A stretch of DNA of 64,000 bases, from NCBI GenBank assembly GCA_041917655.1, contig JAYRXC010000024.1, positions 1,426 through 65,425 on the forward strand, read 5' to 3'. The position numbers and the translations under genes were made by a program. How positions within the stretch are numbered: the first letter of the stretch is position 1; each line of letters begins with the position of its first letter. Source of the stretch: Ignavibacteria bacterium. GTDB taxonomy: Bacteria > Bacteroidota > Ignavibacteria > Tepidaquicellales > OLB5. This document shows positions 38,937 through 48,285 of this stretch, piece after piece. The notes beneath the pieces were generated by a model. It ran no database searches. It had not been told where the DNA came from and worked only from the letters and a program-made list of their open reading frames with translations.

Positions 38937-39140
38937 GGTTACAAATATAACTAAAAGCGTTGAGTTATTAAAGAAAAGCAAAACAAATGCATATTCAGGG
39001 CACTAAACTGATTTGATTTGTGAAATCCGGAAGATCATTCATGAAAATCCGAAATACATAAACTTGTTATTCTACTATTGCACAATTCATTTTAATATGC
39101 TAATTTTAATGGAATTCCCAGAATTAATCCCCCAAAAGTA

Positions 39141-41084
39141 ATGAAGAATTTAGTACTTATTGTATTTGCCGTTCTTGCTTTATTCAACTCAGATATATAC
39201 TCCAAACGAGGTGACGGAAGTTATAACCAGGTTGATTTTATGCTCACCCTGACAGACGGTATCAAGCTGGATTGTTCAAAATTTGTGCCTTCTGGCACAC
39301 CGCCTTCAGGCGGCTGGCCCTGCGCTGTTATAACACATGGATACGGACTTTCAAAGTACACTGAAATGGAAGAAGCGGAAGATTTTGCTTCCATGGGATA
39401 TTATTCTTTAGTGTACAGCATGCGCGGGCAGGGAGTAAGTGAAGGAGTTTCAAATTTCATCAGTACAATTGAAGCAAATGACCTTAAACAGGTAATTACA
39501 TACATAAAGAACGATGCTAATACCAACGACAATAAAATTTTCATTCACGGCGGCTCACAGGGCGGCATAATACCGTTTATGGCTGTATGTACAGGCATGA
39601 ATGTTAAGACTATAATTACAGATATGGCTTCTCCGGAAGCAGGGTCAAACTGGATCGAGAACGGCGGTATCAAAATGACATTCCTGTGGACATCAAGCTA
39701 TCCAACAAATATTGTAAGATACAATTCTACTGTAGGCCGCTTTCGTTCCTGGATACTCGCAGATACCAAAGAAAAGTGGGACAGCCTTAACTACTACCTG
39801 CCGATTAACAGGGATTTCCTGAACCAGGTTGGCAATTGCCAGATACCAATTCTGATAGAAAATGCATGGCAGGATAAATTTTTCAATACACTGGGAATGA
39901 TAAGAAGCAGTTATGTCCTCCCTTACAATAATATCAGAACCTATTACGGAGCAATGGACGGACATGGCAGCGACTACGACCAGGATGAGGAAGATTTTAA
40001 AGACGGTGTGTACAGTGATTGGATAGAATACCATATAGACGGCGTTAACAACAATGTAATGAATGTGAATCAAAAATTCACATACGCATCCAGCAGCTTT
40101 CCGCTGCAGGATGGTGGAGCTTGGACATGGCAGAGATATGAAAGCCCGGTGTGGCCGCCGGCAGGAGTGCAGAATGTTAAGCTGTATTTCCATCCCGATA
40201 ATAAGCTGCAGGTTTACGGATATGGCGGCTCACAGGCAAACGTTAGCTTCAACAATACCATTCTTGATCCGAATGTAACCATGGAATATCTGGTCAACAC
40301 AGAATTCAGGGGAAACCTGTTCACGTCCAAGTTTCAAAAAAATGAGGTTTCTTTCGATACACCGGCATTGCTGCAGGACGCCAAAATGGCAGGTACTCCT
40401 TACGCTTACCTGTATTATTCATCGACTGCAAGCCAGATGTGCCAGTACAATATGCAGATTTGGGATGTGCTGCCCAATGGCAACGAAAAACTTGTAACAA
40501 GGATCAACTGGACAGACAGAAGCTACACAGCAAACCAGGTTAAAGAAAAATACGTTAACGGGCAGTCATATTCACATATCTTCAGGACAGGAAACAAAAT
40601 AAGGGTTAAGCTGACAAATCTGGATAATGTGCCGCTATACAACTTTGAAGGCGATACCAGTGACACATTCATTAGGACAAATCCATTTATGCTTCCTTCG
40701 CTAAAAGGAGGTACAAACAAAGTTCTTATAAACAACGCATCAAAATCTTACATCGAGCTTCCTTTAATCAACTTTGTGATCGGCGTGAACCAGATATCAC
40801 AGGAGATACCAACAAGGTTCGAGCTGCAGCAAAATTATCCGAATCCGTTTAACCCGGTTACAAAAATAAAGTTCAGCGTTCCTTCAACAGGAAAAAACAA
40901 CTACGTACGAATTACTATATATGATGCTTCCGGCAGGGAAGTAACCACTCTTGTAGATAAGGCTTTCGATGCCGGTGTTTATGAAACTGAATGGGATGCA
41001 GCGGCATACTCAAGCGGAGTTTATTTTTACCGATTGACAAACGGAACGGAAAACTATGTAAGAAAGATGATCTTGATAAAGTAA
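39141..41084 (+). CDS. Secreted alpha/beta hydrolase (CocE/NonD / X-Pro dipeptidyl-peptidase S15-like) with a T9SS C-terminal domain
   Basis: Signal peptide, nucleophile elbow 'HGGSQGG', a C-terminal beta-sandwich, then 'LQQNYPNPFNPVTKIKFSVP...GVYFYRL...RKMILIK'. Confidence 0.8.
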   Translation: MKNLVLIVFAVLALFNSDIYSKRGDGSYNQVDFMLTLTDGIKLDCSKFVPSGTPPSGGWPCAVITHGYGLSKYTEMEEAEDFASMGYYSLVYSMRGQGVSEGVSNFISTIEANDLKQVITYIKNDANTNDNKIFIHGGSQGGIIPFMAVCTGMNVKTIITDMASPEAGSNWIENGGIKMTFLWTSSYPTNIVRYNSTVGRFRSWILADTKEKWDSLNYYLPINRDFLNQVGNCQIPILIENAWQDKFFNTLGMIRSSYVLPYNNIRTYYGAMDGHGSDYDQDEEDFKDGVYSDWIEYHIDGVNNNVMNVNQKFTYASSSFPLQDGGAWTWQRYESPVWPPAGVQNVKLYFHPDNKLQVYGYGGSQANVSFNNTILDPNVTMEYLVNTEFRGNLFTSKFQKNEVSFDTPALLQDAKMAGTPYAYLYYSSTASQMCQYNMQIWDVLPNGNEKLVTRINWTDRSYTANQVKEKYVNGQSYSHIFRTGNKIRVKLTNLDNVPLYNFEGDTSDTFIRTNPFMLPSLKGGTNKVLINNASKSYIELPLINFVIGVNQISQEIPTRFELQQNYPNPFNPVTKIKFSVPSTGKNNYVRITIYDASGREVTTLVDKAFDAGVYETEWDAAAYSSGVYFYRLTNGTENYVRKMILIK

Positions 41085-41219
41085 TACAGTATAACTTAAT
41101 ATTTATTAATGAGTTAATTAATATAGTAAATAAATGTTACATCATAATTAATATATTGATATGTGAAACTAAATAACTTATTATTGTTTTCAAGCTATTA
41201 ACCAAATAACCAAATCAAC

Positions 41220-42215
41220 ATGAAAAAACACATTTCTATTTTATGCGCTATTACCCTTGTTGCATTGTTTTTCGGGTTTTCGGGATCTGATAAGAATCCA
41301 TCAGACAGGGATCCAAACTATGTATCAAACACAAACAACGCAAACATAAAAGAAGTAAAAGGCGCACCGCAGACAGTATTTTCAAGCACACTTTCAGAAT
41401 CATTTGAAGGCGTAACATTTCCGCCCGCAGGCTGGACAAAGATCCAGGTTGCAGCAGGCGCTACAGGCTGGGAAAGACAGGTTGCAGGCACAACACCGGT
41501 TCCGGGATTTAACGGCGGTTCAATAATATGTCCGGTTGGCGGCGGAACAGCAGTTGCTTTCTGTAACTACTTAACCGGCGGTTCCTCTTCAAACGACGAG
41601 TGGCTTATTACCCCACAGATCACAAACGTTCAGCCCGGCGATTCATTGACCTTCTGGTTAAGGAAATTCGGTAACTATGTTGATCACATTGATGTTAAGA
41701 TCTCAACAACAACACCAACAGTTGCGGCTATGACAACAACAGTTCAGGTTTTGAACTTCGCTGCTGCTGATTCAGGATACATTCAGTACAAATACAACAT
41801 TGGTTCACTCGTTCCTGCAGGTTCAAACATCTACATTGGTTTCAGGCAGTGGGTTCTCGATGCATTCAATGACGGCGCATCATTCTGCCTCGACCTTGTA
41901 AGAGTTACAGCAAACACAGTAGGCGTAACACATAACGGAACAGAAGTTCCTGCAAACTACGATCTTTCACAGAACTATCCTAACCCGTTTAACCCGTCAA
42001 CAGTTATAAACTTCAGCATTCCTAAAGCAGGAAACGTAAAGCTGGCAGTTTATGACGCTCTTGGCAATGAAGTTGAAACAATACTCAACGCTTACGAGCA
42101 GCCGGGTAATTACACAGCTAACTTCAACGCATCAAAACTCTCAAGCGGAATTTACTTCTATAAACTGATAGCAAGTGACTTCACCGCAACAAAGAAAATG
42201 ATGCTTGTAAAATAA
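41220..42215 (+). CDS. Secreted protein with an N-terminal 'ESFEG..FPP.GW' (choice-of-anchor-J-like) domain and a T9SS C-terminal domain
   Basis: Signal peptide, 'ESFEGVTFPPAGWTKI', 'NDEWLITPQI', and a C-terminal 'LSQNYPNPFNPSTVINFSIP...GIYFYKL...KKMMLVK'. Confidence 0.8.
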   Translation: MKKHISILCAITLVALFFGFSGSDKNPSDRDPNYVSNTNNANIKEVKGAPQTVFSSTLSESFEGVTFPPAGWTKIQVAAGATGWERQVAGTTPVPGFNGGSIICPVGGGTAVAFCNYLTGGSSSNDEWLITPQITNVQPGDSLTFWLRKFGNYVDHIDVKISTTTPTVAAMTTTVQVLNFAAADSGYIQYKYNIGSLVPAGSNIYIGFRQWVLDAFNDGASFCLDLVRVTANTVGVTHNGTEVPANYDLSQNYPNPFNPSTVINFSIPKAGNVKLAVYDALGNEVETILNAYEQPGNYTANFNASKLSSGIYFYKLIASDFTATKKMMLVK

Positions 42216-42237
42216 TATAGCTTTATTTTTACACAAA

Positions 42238-42266
42238 GGGACTGCCTTTAAAGCAGTCCCTTTTTT
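42238..42266. terminator. Bidirectional rho-independent terminator
   Basis: Perfect 8-bp stem gggactgc / gcagtccc with loop ctttaaa, an A-run before and T6 after. Lies between convergent genes. Confidence 0.8.
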
Positions 42267-42282
42267 ATTGCCATAGATCCAA

Positions 42283-42900
42283 CTAAAACCGTATCCTCAA
42301 CTTGTAATAATAATTGACCTGGCGGAATATCTTCTCTGTGCCTTCGTTCAGTATTTTCTTCTGCAAGAACTGCAGTACAGCATTCTTGCAGAGAAATGAA
42401 ATGATCTGCTGCAGCATCGGCGGGAATATTTTCATATAACGGAAAACTGACTCGATACCCAATACTGCGGCACTTTGAAGCGCCATGCTTCTGAAATGCT
42501 CCTTCACGGCTTTCACGGGTACAAAATAGCTCATGTTGTGGTAGGCGCTTATATCTATAAAGCTGAATGGTGTTATGTTGAAGGCGGGAGTGTAGTTAAC
42601 GATTGCGTATCTATCCCAGAAACCGCCGAAACGAATGTTTGAACGGAAAGATGAAACCGGGTCAAACTTCTCAACCTGTTCACTTTTCTGCGGCGCGAAC
42701 ATGGTAAGCTCATAACGGTAGAATTCAATATTTGGCGGTAATGACGTTTCATCAGGGTTCACTTTTATTAACGAACTTTTACGGCTGGCATCAGGTTGTG
42801 CAGTATGCAGAATCTCCTCAACGGCAGCCTTATCCTGTGAATACAGGCTAAAGCTCAACGCAGTGATCAGAAGAATATTTTGTAAAAAGTTCTTCAACAT
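42283..42900 (-). CDS. Hypothetical secreted protein (205 aa)
   Basis: Signal-like N-terminus (ILLITALSFSLYSQD). No recognisable motifs. Confidence 0.55.
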   Translation of the reverse strand: MLKNFLQNILLITALSFSLYSQDKAAVEEILHTAQPDASRKSSLIKVNPDETSLPPNIEFYRYELTMFAPQKSEQVEKFDPVSSFRSNIRFGGFWDRYAIVNYTPAFNITPFSFIDISAYHNMSYFVPVKAVKEHFRSMALQSAAVLGIESVFRYMKIFPPMLQQIISFLCKNAVLQFLQKKILNEGTEKIFRQVNYYYKLRIRF

Positions 42901-43097
42901 TCTGCTCCATTTTTTTGAATTCCTGTTATTCTACCCTACGCTAATATCTTTTCTGCTCATAACTCCTTTTGAAACTGAATCTCTTTCTGTTCATATACGT
43001 TTAAAATGCATAAATCGGATTTAAGAATCAAATTAATATGCTCCGGCACTGCACTTACCCTGCCTTTTGGAAAAAGATAAGGTCTCAAAAGTGCTTT

Positions 43098-43126
43098 GTC
43101 ATTCCTGCGAAGGCAGGAATCTTGAG
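43098..43126. repeat. REP-like palindromic element, family A (canonical copy)
   Basis: gtcattcctgcgaaggcaggaatcttgag, with stem attcctgc / gcaggaat. The flank 'ctcaaaagtgctttgtc' is also shared with the 20.2-kb copy. Confidence 0.7.
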
Positions 43127-43170
43127 GAAATTTACATTTTTTTCTTGGACATAACAAATAGTATTGCCCA

Positions 43171-43196
43171 TAAAAAAACCCGGCTATAAACCGGGT
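43171..43196 (-). terminator. Rho-independent terminator after wecB
   Basis: The minus strand reads acccgg-tttatag-ccgggt followed by T7. Confidence 0.6.
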
Positions 43197-43223
43197 CAAG
43201 AAAATTCTGTATAATTTTTATAC

Positions 43224-44405
43224 TTACATAAACGAATACTCTGTTTGTATTCCGTAGAATTTCTTCAGCAGCTCATAGATGAGGTAGCTTGAGTCGCCGA
43301 ATCCGTACGTATAGTTGTACTTCGATTGATGTACCTTCCTGTAGTCAATAGCCTCGGTCAGGAATTCTGTAATGACAGGCTTCTCAATCGGAAGAAGCTT
43401 AGCGTTCTTCTTCAGCACTTCGGGGCGTTCAGTTGTTTTCCTCAACACTCCGCACGGCACGTTGAAGAATAATGACTCTTCCTGCAAGCCGCCGGAATCA
43501 GTTAGAATACATCCAGCATTCTTAACATAGCCCAGCATTTCAAAGTAATCATGGATTGGCTTCATTATGATAAGCTTCTTGTGGCCATTACCGTTCATCA
43601 CTTCATCGAAGCTGCGCTGTATCATGGGATTCGGATGCATGAGGTGAAGTATCTCCGTGTAGCCGTCAACATCATCCATTACTGTATTCAGGACCCGGGC
43701 ATAATCTGCCACGTAGCCCCAGTTTTCCCTGCGGTGGAATGTGCTCAGTATATAATTCTTCTGTACCGGTTCTTTAATTTTCTTTTCTTTTATCAGGGTG
43801 AATATAGCGTCATTGATCGTATTACCGATCACAAATATCTTGTCATGCTTAATGCCCTCGTTGATGAGATTATCGCGGTTAATGCCTTTGGGCGCGAAGT
43901 GCCATGTAGCCATACGCGCGACTGATTCCCTCATAAACTCCTCTGGGAACGGGTTCATCTTATCCAGCGTCCTTAAGCCTGCCTCTGCGTGGAATACCGG
44001 TATCTGGTTCAGGAATCCCCACAGCGCACCTGCGAAAGCGGAAGCTGTATCGCCCTGCACAATAATACCATGCAGGTTATCCTTCTTAACCGGCGACTTC
44101 TCACCGAACTTCTCGTTGAAATCGTTAAGCAGGTGCGCAATAAGCTCGTTGAGATCGCTGGAGCGGTTTGGTTTCTCGGTAGCGGTAATATCCGGGTGAA
44201 TGCCGATGTTTGAGAGTATATCGCCCGATATCTTCTGCTGCGCTGTGTTATAAAGCAGCGGGTAAAATTCATCCGATTTCTTAAGAATCCGGTATAATAC
44301 GAACAGCTTAAGTATCTCCGGCCTGGTGCCAAAGAAGAAGACAATTACCTTTTTCCCTTTAAGATCTTCGGGATTTAAACCTATATTTATATTTTCCTGA
44401 CCCAT
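43224..44405 (-). CDS. wecB: UDP-N-acetylglucosamine 2-epimerase (non-hydrolysing)
   Basis: 'FGTRPEILKL', 'VQGDTASAFAGAL', 'HAEAGLRT', 'FPEE..R', 'TFHRREN', 'TDSGGLQEE'. Confidence 0.9.
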   Translation of the reverse strand: MGQENINIGLNPEDLKGKKVIVFFFGTRPEILKLFVLYRILKKSDEFYPLLYNTAQQKISGDILSNIGIHPDITATEKPNRSSDLNELIAHLLNDFNEKFGEKSPVKKDNLHGIIVQGDTASAFAGALWGFLNQIPVFHAEAGLRTLDKMNPFPEEFMRESVARMATWHFAPKGINRDNLINEGIKHDKIFVIGNTINDAIFTLIKEKKIKEPVQKNYILSTFHRRENWGYVADYARVLNTVMDDVDGYTEILHLMHPNPMIQRSFDEVMNGNGHKKLIIMKPIHDYFEMLGYVKNAGCILTDSGGLQEESLFFNVPCGVLRKTTERPEVLKKNAKLLPIEKPVITEFLTEAIDYRKVHQSKYNYTYGFGDSSYLIYELLKKFYGIQTEYSFM

Positions 44406-44499
44406 AATTTAAATTTTCACGTAACAAAGATAAGTAACTAAACTATAAGATAAAACCACATTTAATACCGATTTCACGTGAGAAATACAATAAACGGCT

Positions 44500-44535
44500 T
44501 AAAAAAAAGAAGGCGGCCTATGTTCAGACCGCCCC
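44500..44535 (-). terminator. Possible terminator between the GT2 synthase gene and wecB
   Basis: The minus strand has a short GC stem ggcgg / ccgcc followed by 'ttcttttttttaa'. The stem is only 5 bp, so this is weak. Confidence 0.4.
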
Positions 44536-44570
44536 CGTGTACCATGGTATGTATTTCTAAAACTTTTCGA

Positions 44571-45905
44571 TCAATAGTGATCGGTTGATTCCCAAACGAT
44601 CTTGTTCTTCATGTTCATGAATACCTTCAGAGCGCGGAACGTTGCGAAGAAGTTTATCAGGTTATCGAAGTTCAGCCTGATAAGACTAAAGAACGCGTAC
44701 TTGAGTCCGTACCAGCTGTAGGTGAAGATGAACCGGTGTACAAGCCTCCAGACCATGAAGAAGAAACATGCCCACAGGAAGAACCATAACGCTGTGTTCT
44801 GTTCTACCGCAGATTCAAATACTTTTATTCCCAACCCGAAACCAAGCAGGTACAGCAGGAAGAGCGCGAATACAAGATTGCTAAGCAGCACCATAAAATT
44901 GCTGAATATGGTTTTCCTGTCACGCATGAGGAAGTACTTTGTTTTAAGGTTACCTGCCCATTTGTGCATCTTCCAGTTCTGGAAGCAGATGCCTGCTGTC
45001 CACCTTGAGCGCTGTTTAACAGCCGCCCAGAATGTATTGGGGAAGTACTCGCCGGTCGCAACACGTGAGTTTGGATTGTTCTTATCTATTAATAGATTTA
45101 TATAAGCCGTCTTGTAGCCCATCTTAAAGAGCCTTAAGCCAAGCTCGTAATCTTCAGTTAAGTTCGCTTCGTTAAACACCTGCGGGTAGTTCTTATCAAG
45201 GTTCATGAAGATTTCCCTGCGGAAGCTCATGCCTGTGCCTGCAAACGGTATGAATACCTTTAATGCCTGCCTTACGATAAGATCCTTCGAATGCACTTCA
45301 GCGAAAGCGTCACAGTAAGTTCTGTGAATGAACTTGCCCCTGTCATCTTTGATAGGCACTACAGGGATCTGTACTGCGTCGATTCCCTGGTGTGTTATAA
45401 GATAGTTATCTATCTTAAGCGTTAATGGATGTATAAAATCCTCGCTGTCGTGAATTGAGATAACATCGAAGTTTTTGCCGTTATCGTGCTCAAACCTTTT
45501 TATTGATGCGTAAACGTTATTGAGGTTATCGGCCTTTGTTGTGGGGCCGTCGTGTGAGTTCACGCAGATTACAACCTTGTTGTTCTTCTGCGCGATACGT
45601 TTAACAACTTCAAGTGTCTTTGTGTCATTAGGATAAATACCCACGAATATAGTGAAGTTGCTGTACCTCATTTTGCTTAGCGCGTAGGTGAGCGTTCTGC
45701 CTATTACCTTGTACTCGCGCCATGCGCAGATAACAAGAGCTATCGAGTTTTCACTTGCTGCCAGCACGTCATCAACGTTCGGCAGGCTCCTGTTATACTT
45801 CCAGCGGTTGAACCAGTAAAGCAGGTCAACCATTACATCGTCAATTCCGCTTACTATCAGCAGGATTGAACAGATCCAAAGTAACACTGTGAAAACTTCT
45901 TGCAT
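44571..45905 (-). CDS. Membrane-embedded processive family-2 glycosyltransferase, NfrB-like polysaccharide synthase
   Basis: N-terminal TM helix plus the 'SGIDDVMVDLLYW' motif I recall as characteristic of NfrB-type proteins. 'HDSEDFIHP' (DxD-like), 'TEDYELGLRL' (TED), 'QRSRWTAG' (QxxRW), and three or four C-terminal TM helices. Confidence 0.8.
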   Translation of the reverse strand: MQEVFTVLLWICSILLIVSGIDDVMVDLLYWFNRWKYNRSLPNVDDVLAASENSIALVICAWREYKVIGRTLTYALSKMRYSNFTIFVGIYPNDTKTLEVVKRIAQKNNKVVICVNSHDGPTTKADNLNNVYASIKRFEHDNGKNFDVISIHDSEDFIHPLTLKIDNYLITHQGIDAVQIPVVPIKDDRGKFIHRTYCDAFAEVHSKDLIVRQALKVFIPFAGTGMSFRREIFMNLDKNYPQVFNEANLTEDYELGLRLFKMGYKTAYINLLIDKNNPNSRVATGEYFPNTFWAAVKQRSRWTAGICFQNWKMHKWAGNLKTKYFLMRDRKTIFSNFMVLLSNLVFALFLLYLLGFGLGIKVFESAVEQNTALWFFLWACFFFMVWRLVHRFIFTYSWYGLKYAFFSLIRLNFDNLINFFATFRALKVFMNMKNKIVWESTDHY

Positions 45906-45979
45906 ATAATTTTATTTATACTTTATAAATTTTTTTAAACTTTGCGAAACGCGCTGCTCTTGTTTACGGAATCTGCTGC

Positions 45980-46954
45980 TTAAATCTCTTTCCAGATATT
46001 GAAAACGAACCCTGCTTTGATCTGGAATGAATTTTTCCTGTCTCCGAAGAAATAAATTTTGTAGGTTGGCTCAAGGAATATCACCGGGAAATCCATTACA
46101 TTAGGCTTGAACCTGATGCCTGTGCCAACTTCGAAGTAATTGTTATAGTCCACTTTTCTGCCGTCAAACTGTCCTGATTCAAACAGGTAGTTCTCTACGT
46201 ATGAATAACCTTTAGTGTGGAACCTGATGACCTGCTGCAGCATTCCCTGCAGGAATGCGTTCTTATATTTATAATCATACATTGCCGCATAATATATATC
46301 AAGGTACAGGCTGGTTTTGGAATTTTTATCAGCTTTAAGCTTTGCATCACCAAACCTGTTGAAATACACAAGCATCGGCTTGAAGTTTATTTTGTTTGAG
46401 TCAAGATCTATCTGCCTGGTGTACCCGATCCTGCCTTCAAAAAACAGGTTTTTCATCAGGTAGTATCGCATGAAAAAGCCGATCTCTACAAACCTGTCAT
46501 TGTATATCAGAGCCTTGGTGGATCTTGAATCAGCGTACACATCAAGGTAAGGTCCTAAAAAGAAGTCCGGGCCTATACCGAAATGCACATGGCCAATGAG
46601 GTTTGCTATATAATTTTCCTGGAATGAATCGTAAAAGTTATGGAAATATATATCGAGATACTTTTTTGATTTGGATGACTTTTGTTTAAGTGCGAAAGAG
46701 CCGGAAAGATCCAAACCGGTTGATTGCTCTGAATTGCCTGATGAAAGCCCTGTGGCTTCCGTTTCCGGCAAGTAGCTGTAGTTCCCTATTCTCTTGTTTT
46801 CTTTATCCTTAAGCTTTAAGGATACTTCATTTTTCCCGAAATCAAAAGAGGAAGAATTGCGATATGTTTCATTGCCTGCAATTCCCTGGGAAAAGCAGAA
46901 AGATGAAAATACAGCAAGAAGAAGAAGAAAAATTGGGAGTAATCTCTTTAACAT
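45980..46954 (-). CDS. Secreted protein, probable outer-membrane beta-barrel
   Basis: Signal peptide (LLPIFLLLLAVFSSFCFSQG). Abundant alternating aromatic/aliphatic beta-strand segments with Y/F/G-rich turns. Lies directly upstream of the GT2 synthase. Confidence 0.55.
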   Translation of the reverse strand: MLKRLLPIFLLLLAVFSSFCFSQGIAGNETYRNSSSFDFGKNEVSLKLKDKENKRIGNYSYLPETEATGLSSGNSEQSTGLDLSGSFALKQKSSKSKKYLDIYFHNFYDSFQENYIANLIGHVHFGIGPDFFLGPYLDVYADSRSTKALIYNDRFVEIGFFMRYYLMKNLFFEGRIGYTRQIDLDSNKINFKPMLVYFNRFGDAKLKADKNSKTSLYLDIYYAAMYDYKYKNAFLQGMLQQVIRFHTKGYSYVENYLFESGQFDGRKVDYNNYFEVGTGIRFKPNVMDFPVIFLEPTYKIYFFGDRKNSFQIKAGFVFNIWKEI

Positions 46955-47232
46955 TTTTTTAGTTAATGATTCGAAAATAGCTGCTTATTTAAAGTGTTAC
47001 TTTACTACCAAGCCATTTAAATGCTTAATAATATTTACTTATACCCCCATTACAATAATAATCAATTTTTTCCTAAAATCAAACTGCTCTTTCGTTTGGG
47101 GTACACTAAATTAGCGTGTTCGGTTACTGTTCTCAATACCACTAAAACGGTATATATGCCGAAAATCGCTAACTGACTGCGTGTGTTTTCGCTAAGAATT
47201 GCTAAAACACACAAAAAATCATATTTTTGTAT

Positions 47233-48252
47233 ATGTCATTAAAGATACTTGCTATTGAATCTTCATGCGATGAAACTTCTGCTGCAATTCTGGATAATGA
47301 AAACATCCTTTCTAATGTCATATCATCGCAGTACTTTCACAAAGAGTATGGAGGCATTGTACCCGAGCTGGCTTCCAGGGCACATGTAACTACAATAGAA
47401 AAAATAACAGACGAAGCATTCCGGCTCGCGGGAATCTCTCCGCAGGAAATTGAGCTTGCCGCAGCTGCGCATGGACCCGGATTAATTGGCTCTCTGCTCG
47501 TGGGACTCAACTTCGCGAAAGGATTCGCAGTTTCACGCAACATCCCGTTTGTTGGTATAGATCATATCGAGTCTCACCTGTACTCATCTTTTATCGGCAG
47601 AAGCGAAGTCGATTATCCATTCATAGCATTGGTAGTATCAGGCGGGCATACGATAATTTTCCTCGCTGAAAGCGAAATACAATACAGGGTGCTGGGAACA
47701 ACACAGGATGATGCAGCAGGTGAAGCGTTTGATAAGGTCGCAAAAATGCTGGGACTTGAGTATCCAGGCGGGCCGCTGATAGATAAACTGGCAAAAGATG
47801 GTAACAGCGATTTCCACAAATTCCCCGTTTCGCATATTAAAGAAAGTCCGTACGATTTTTCCTTCAGCGGAATCAAAACTTCTGTACTTTATTACCTGAA
47901 GAAAAACTTCCCTTCCGGAGTAACAGGCAGCGACCTTAATAATATCTCGGCGTCATTTCAAAAAGCGGTTATCAGCTCGCTTGTAAGTAAAACAATTAAG
48001 GCAGCAAAAGACCATAACATCAAACGGATATCAGTTTCGGGAGGAGTTTCGGCCAACTCAGCTCTTCGTGCAGAATTCAGCAACTACGAAAAAGAAGGTT
48101 ACACTATCAGCTTCCCGGAAAAGATATATTCAACGGATAACGCCGCTATGATAGGTTACACCGCATACCTGAAATACAGGGATAACAGCACGGCAATTCC
48201 GACAAATGCCCTGCTTGAAAGCGCATACGCACGGTTCAGATATAACAGCTAA
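47233..48252 (+). CDS. tsaD: tRNA N6-adenosine threonylcarbamoyltransferase
   Basis: 'ILAIESSCDETSAA', 'GGIVPELASRAH', 'GPGLIGSLLVG', 'IDHIESH', 'LVVSGGHT', 'DDAAGEAFDKVAK'. Confidence 0.95.
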   Translation: MSLKILAIESSCDETSAAILDNENILSNVISSQYFHKEYGGIVPELASRAHVTTIEKITDEAFRLAGISPQEIELAAAAHGPGLIGSLLVGLNFAKGFAVSRNIPFVGIDHIESHLYSSFIGRSEVDYPFIALVVSGGHTIIFLAESEIQYRVLGTTQDDAAGEAFDKVAKMLGLEYPGGPLIDKLAKDGNSDFHKFPVSHIKESPYDFSFSGIKTSVLYYLKKNFPSGVTGSDLNNISASFQKAVISSLVSKTIKAAKDHNIKRISVSGGVSANSALRAEFSNYEKEGYTISFPEKIYSTDNAAMIGYTAYLKYRDNSTAIPTNALLESAYARFRYNS

Positions 48253-48285
48253 TCCAAAACAGCCTTCAAAAAAAATCAGCTAATA

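Noticed and set aside
42957-43199. An 80-aa minus-strand ORF, and similarly 53015..53224 (+), 20286..20468 (-) and 30361-proximal codons
   Set aside because: They span REP-like palindromes (typical 'SCLRRND' / 'VIPAKAGI' translations) or intergenic terminators, and have no independent coding signal.
47222-47229. A Bacteroidota-type -7 promoter box 'TATTTTTG' (TAnnTTTG), also seen at 15739-15746 (+) and 62345-62352 (-)
   Set aside because: The motif is easily produced by chance in AT-rich spacers. The copy at 47222 is only 3 nt from the tsaD ATG, so it cannot serve a normal leader. I cannot confirm that this lineage uses such promoters, so I have not reported them as features.
48253-48285. 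An M-box (Mg2+) riboswitch upstream of mgtE
   Set aside because: The intergenic spacer is only about 33 nt, which is too short for an M-box aptamer of about 160 nt.
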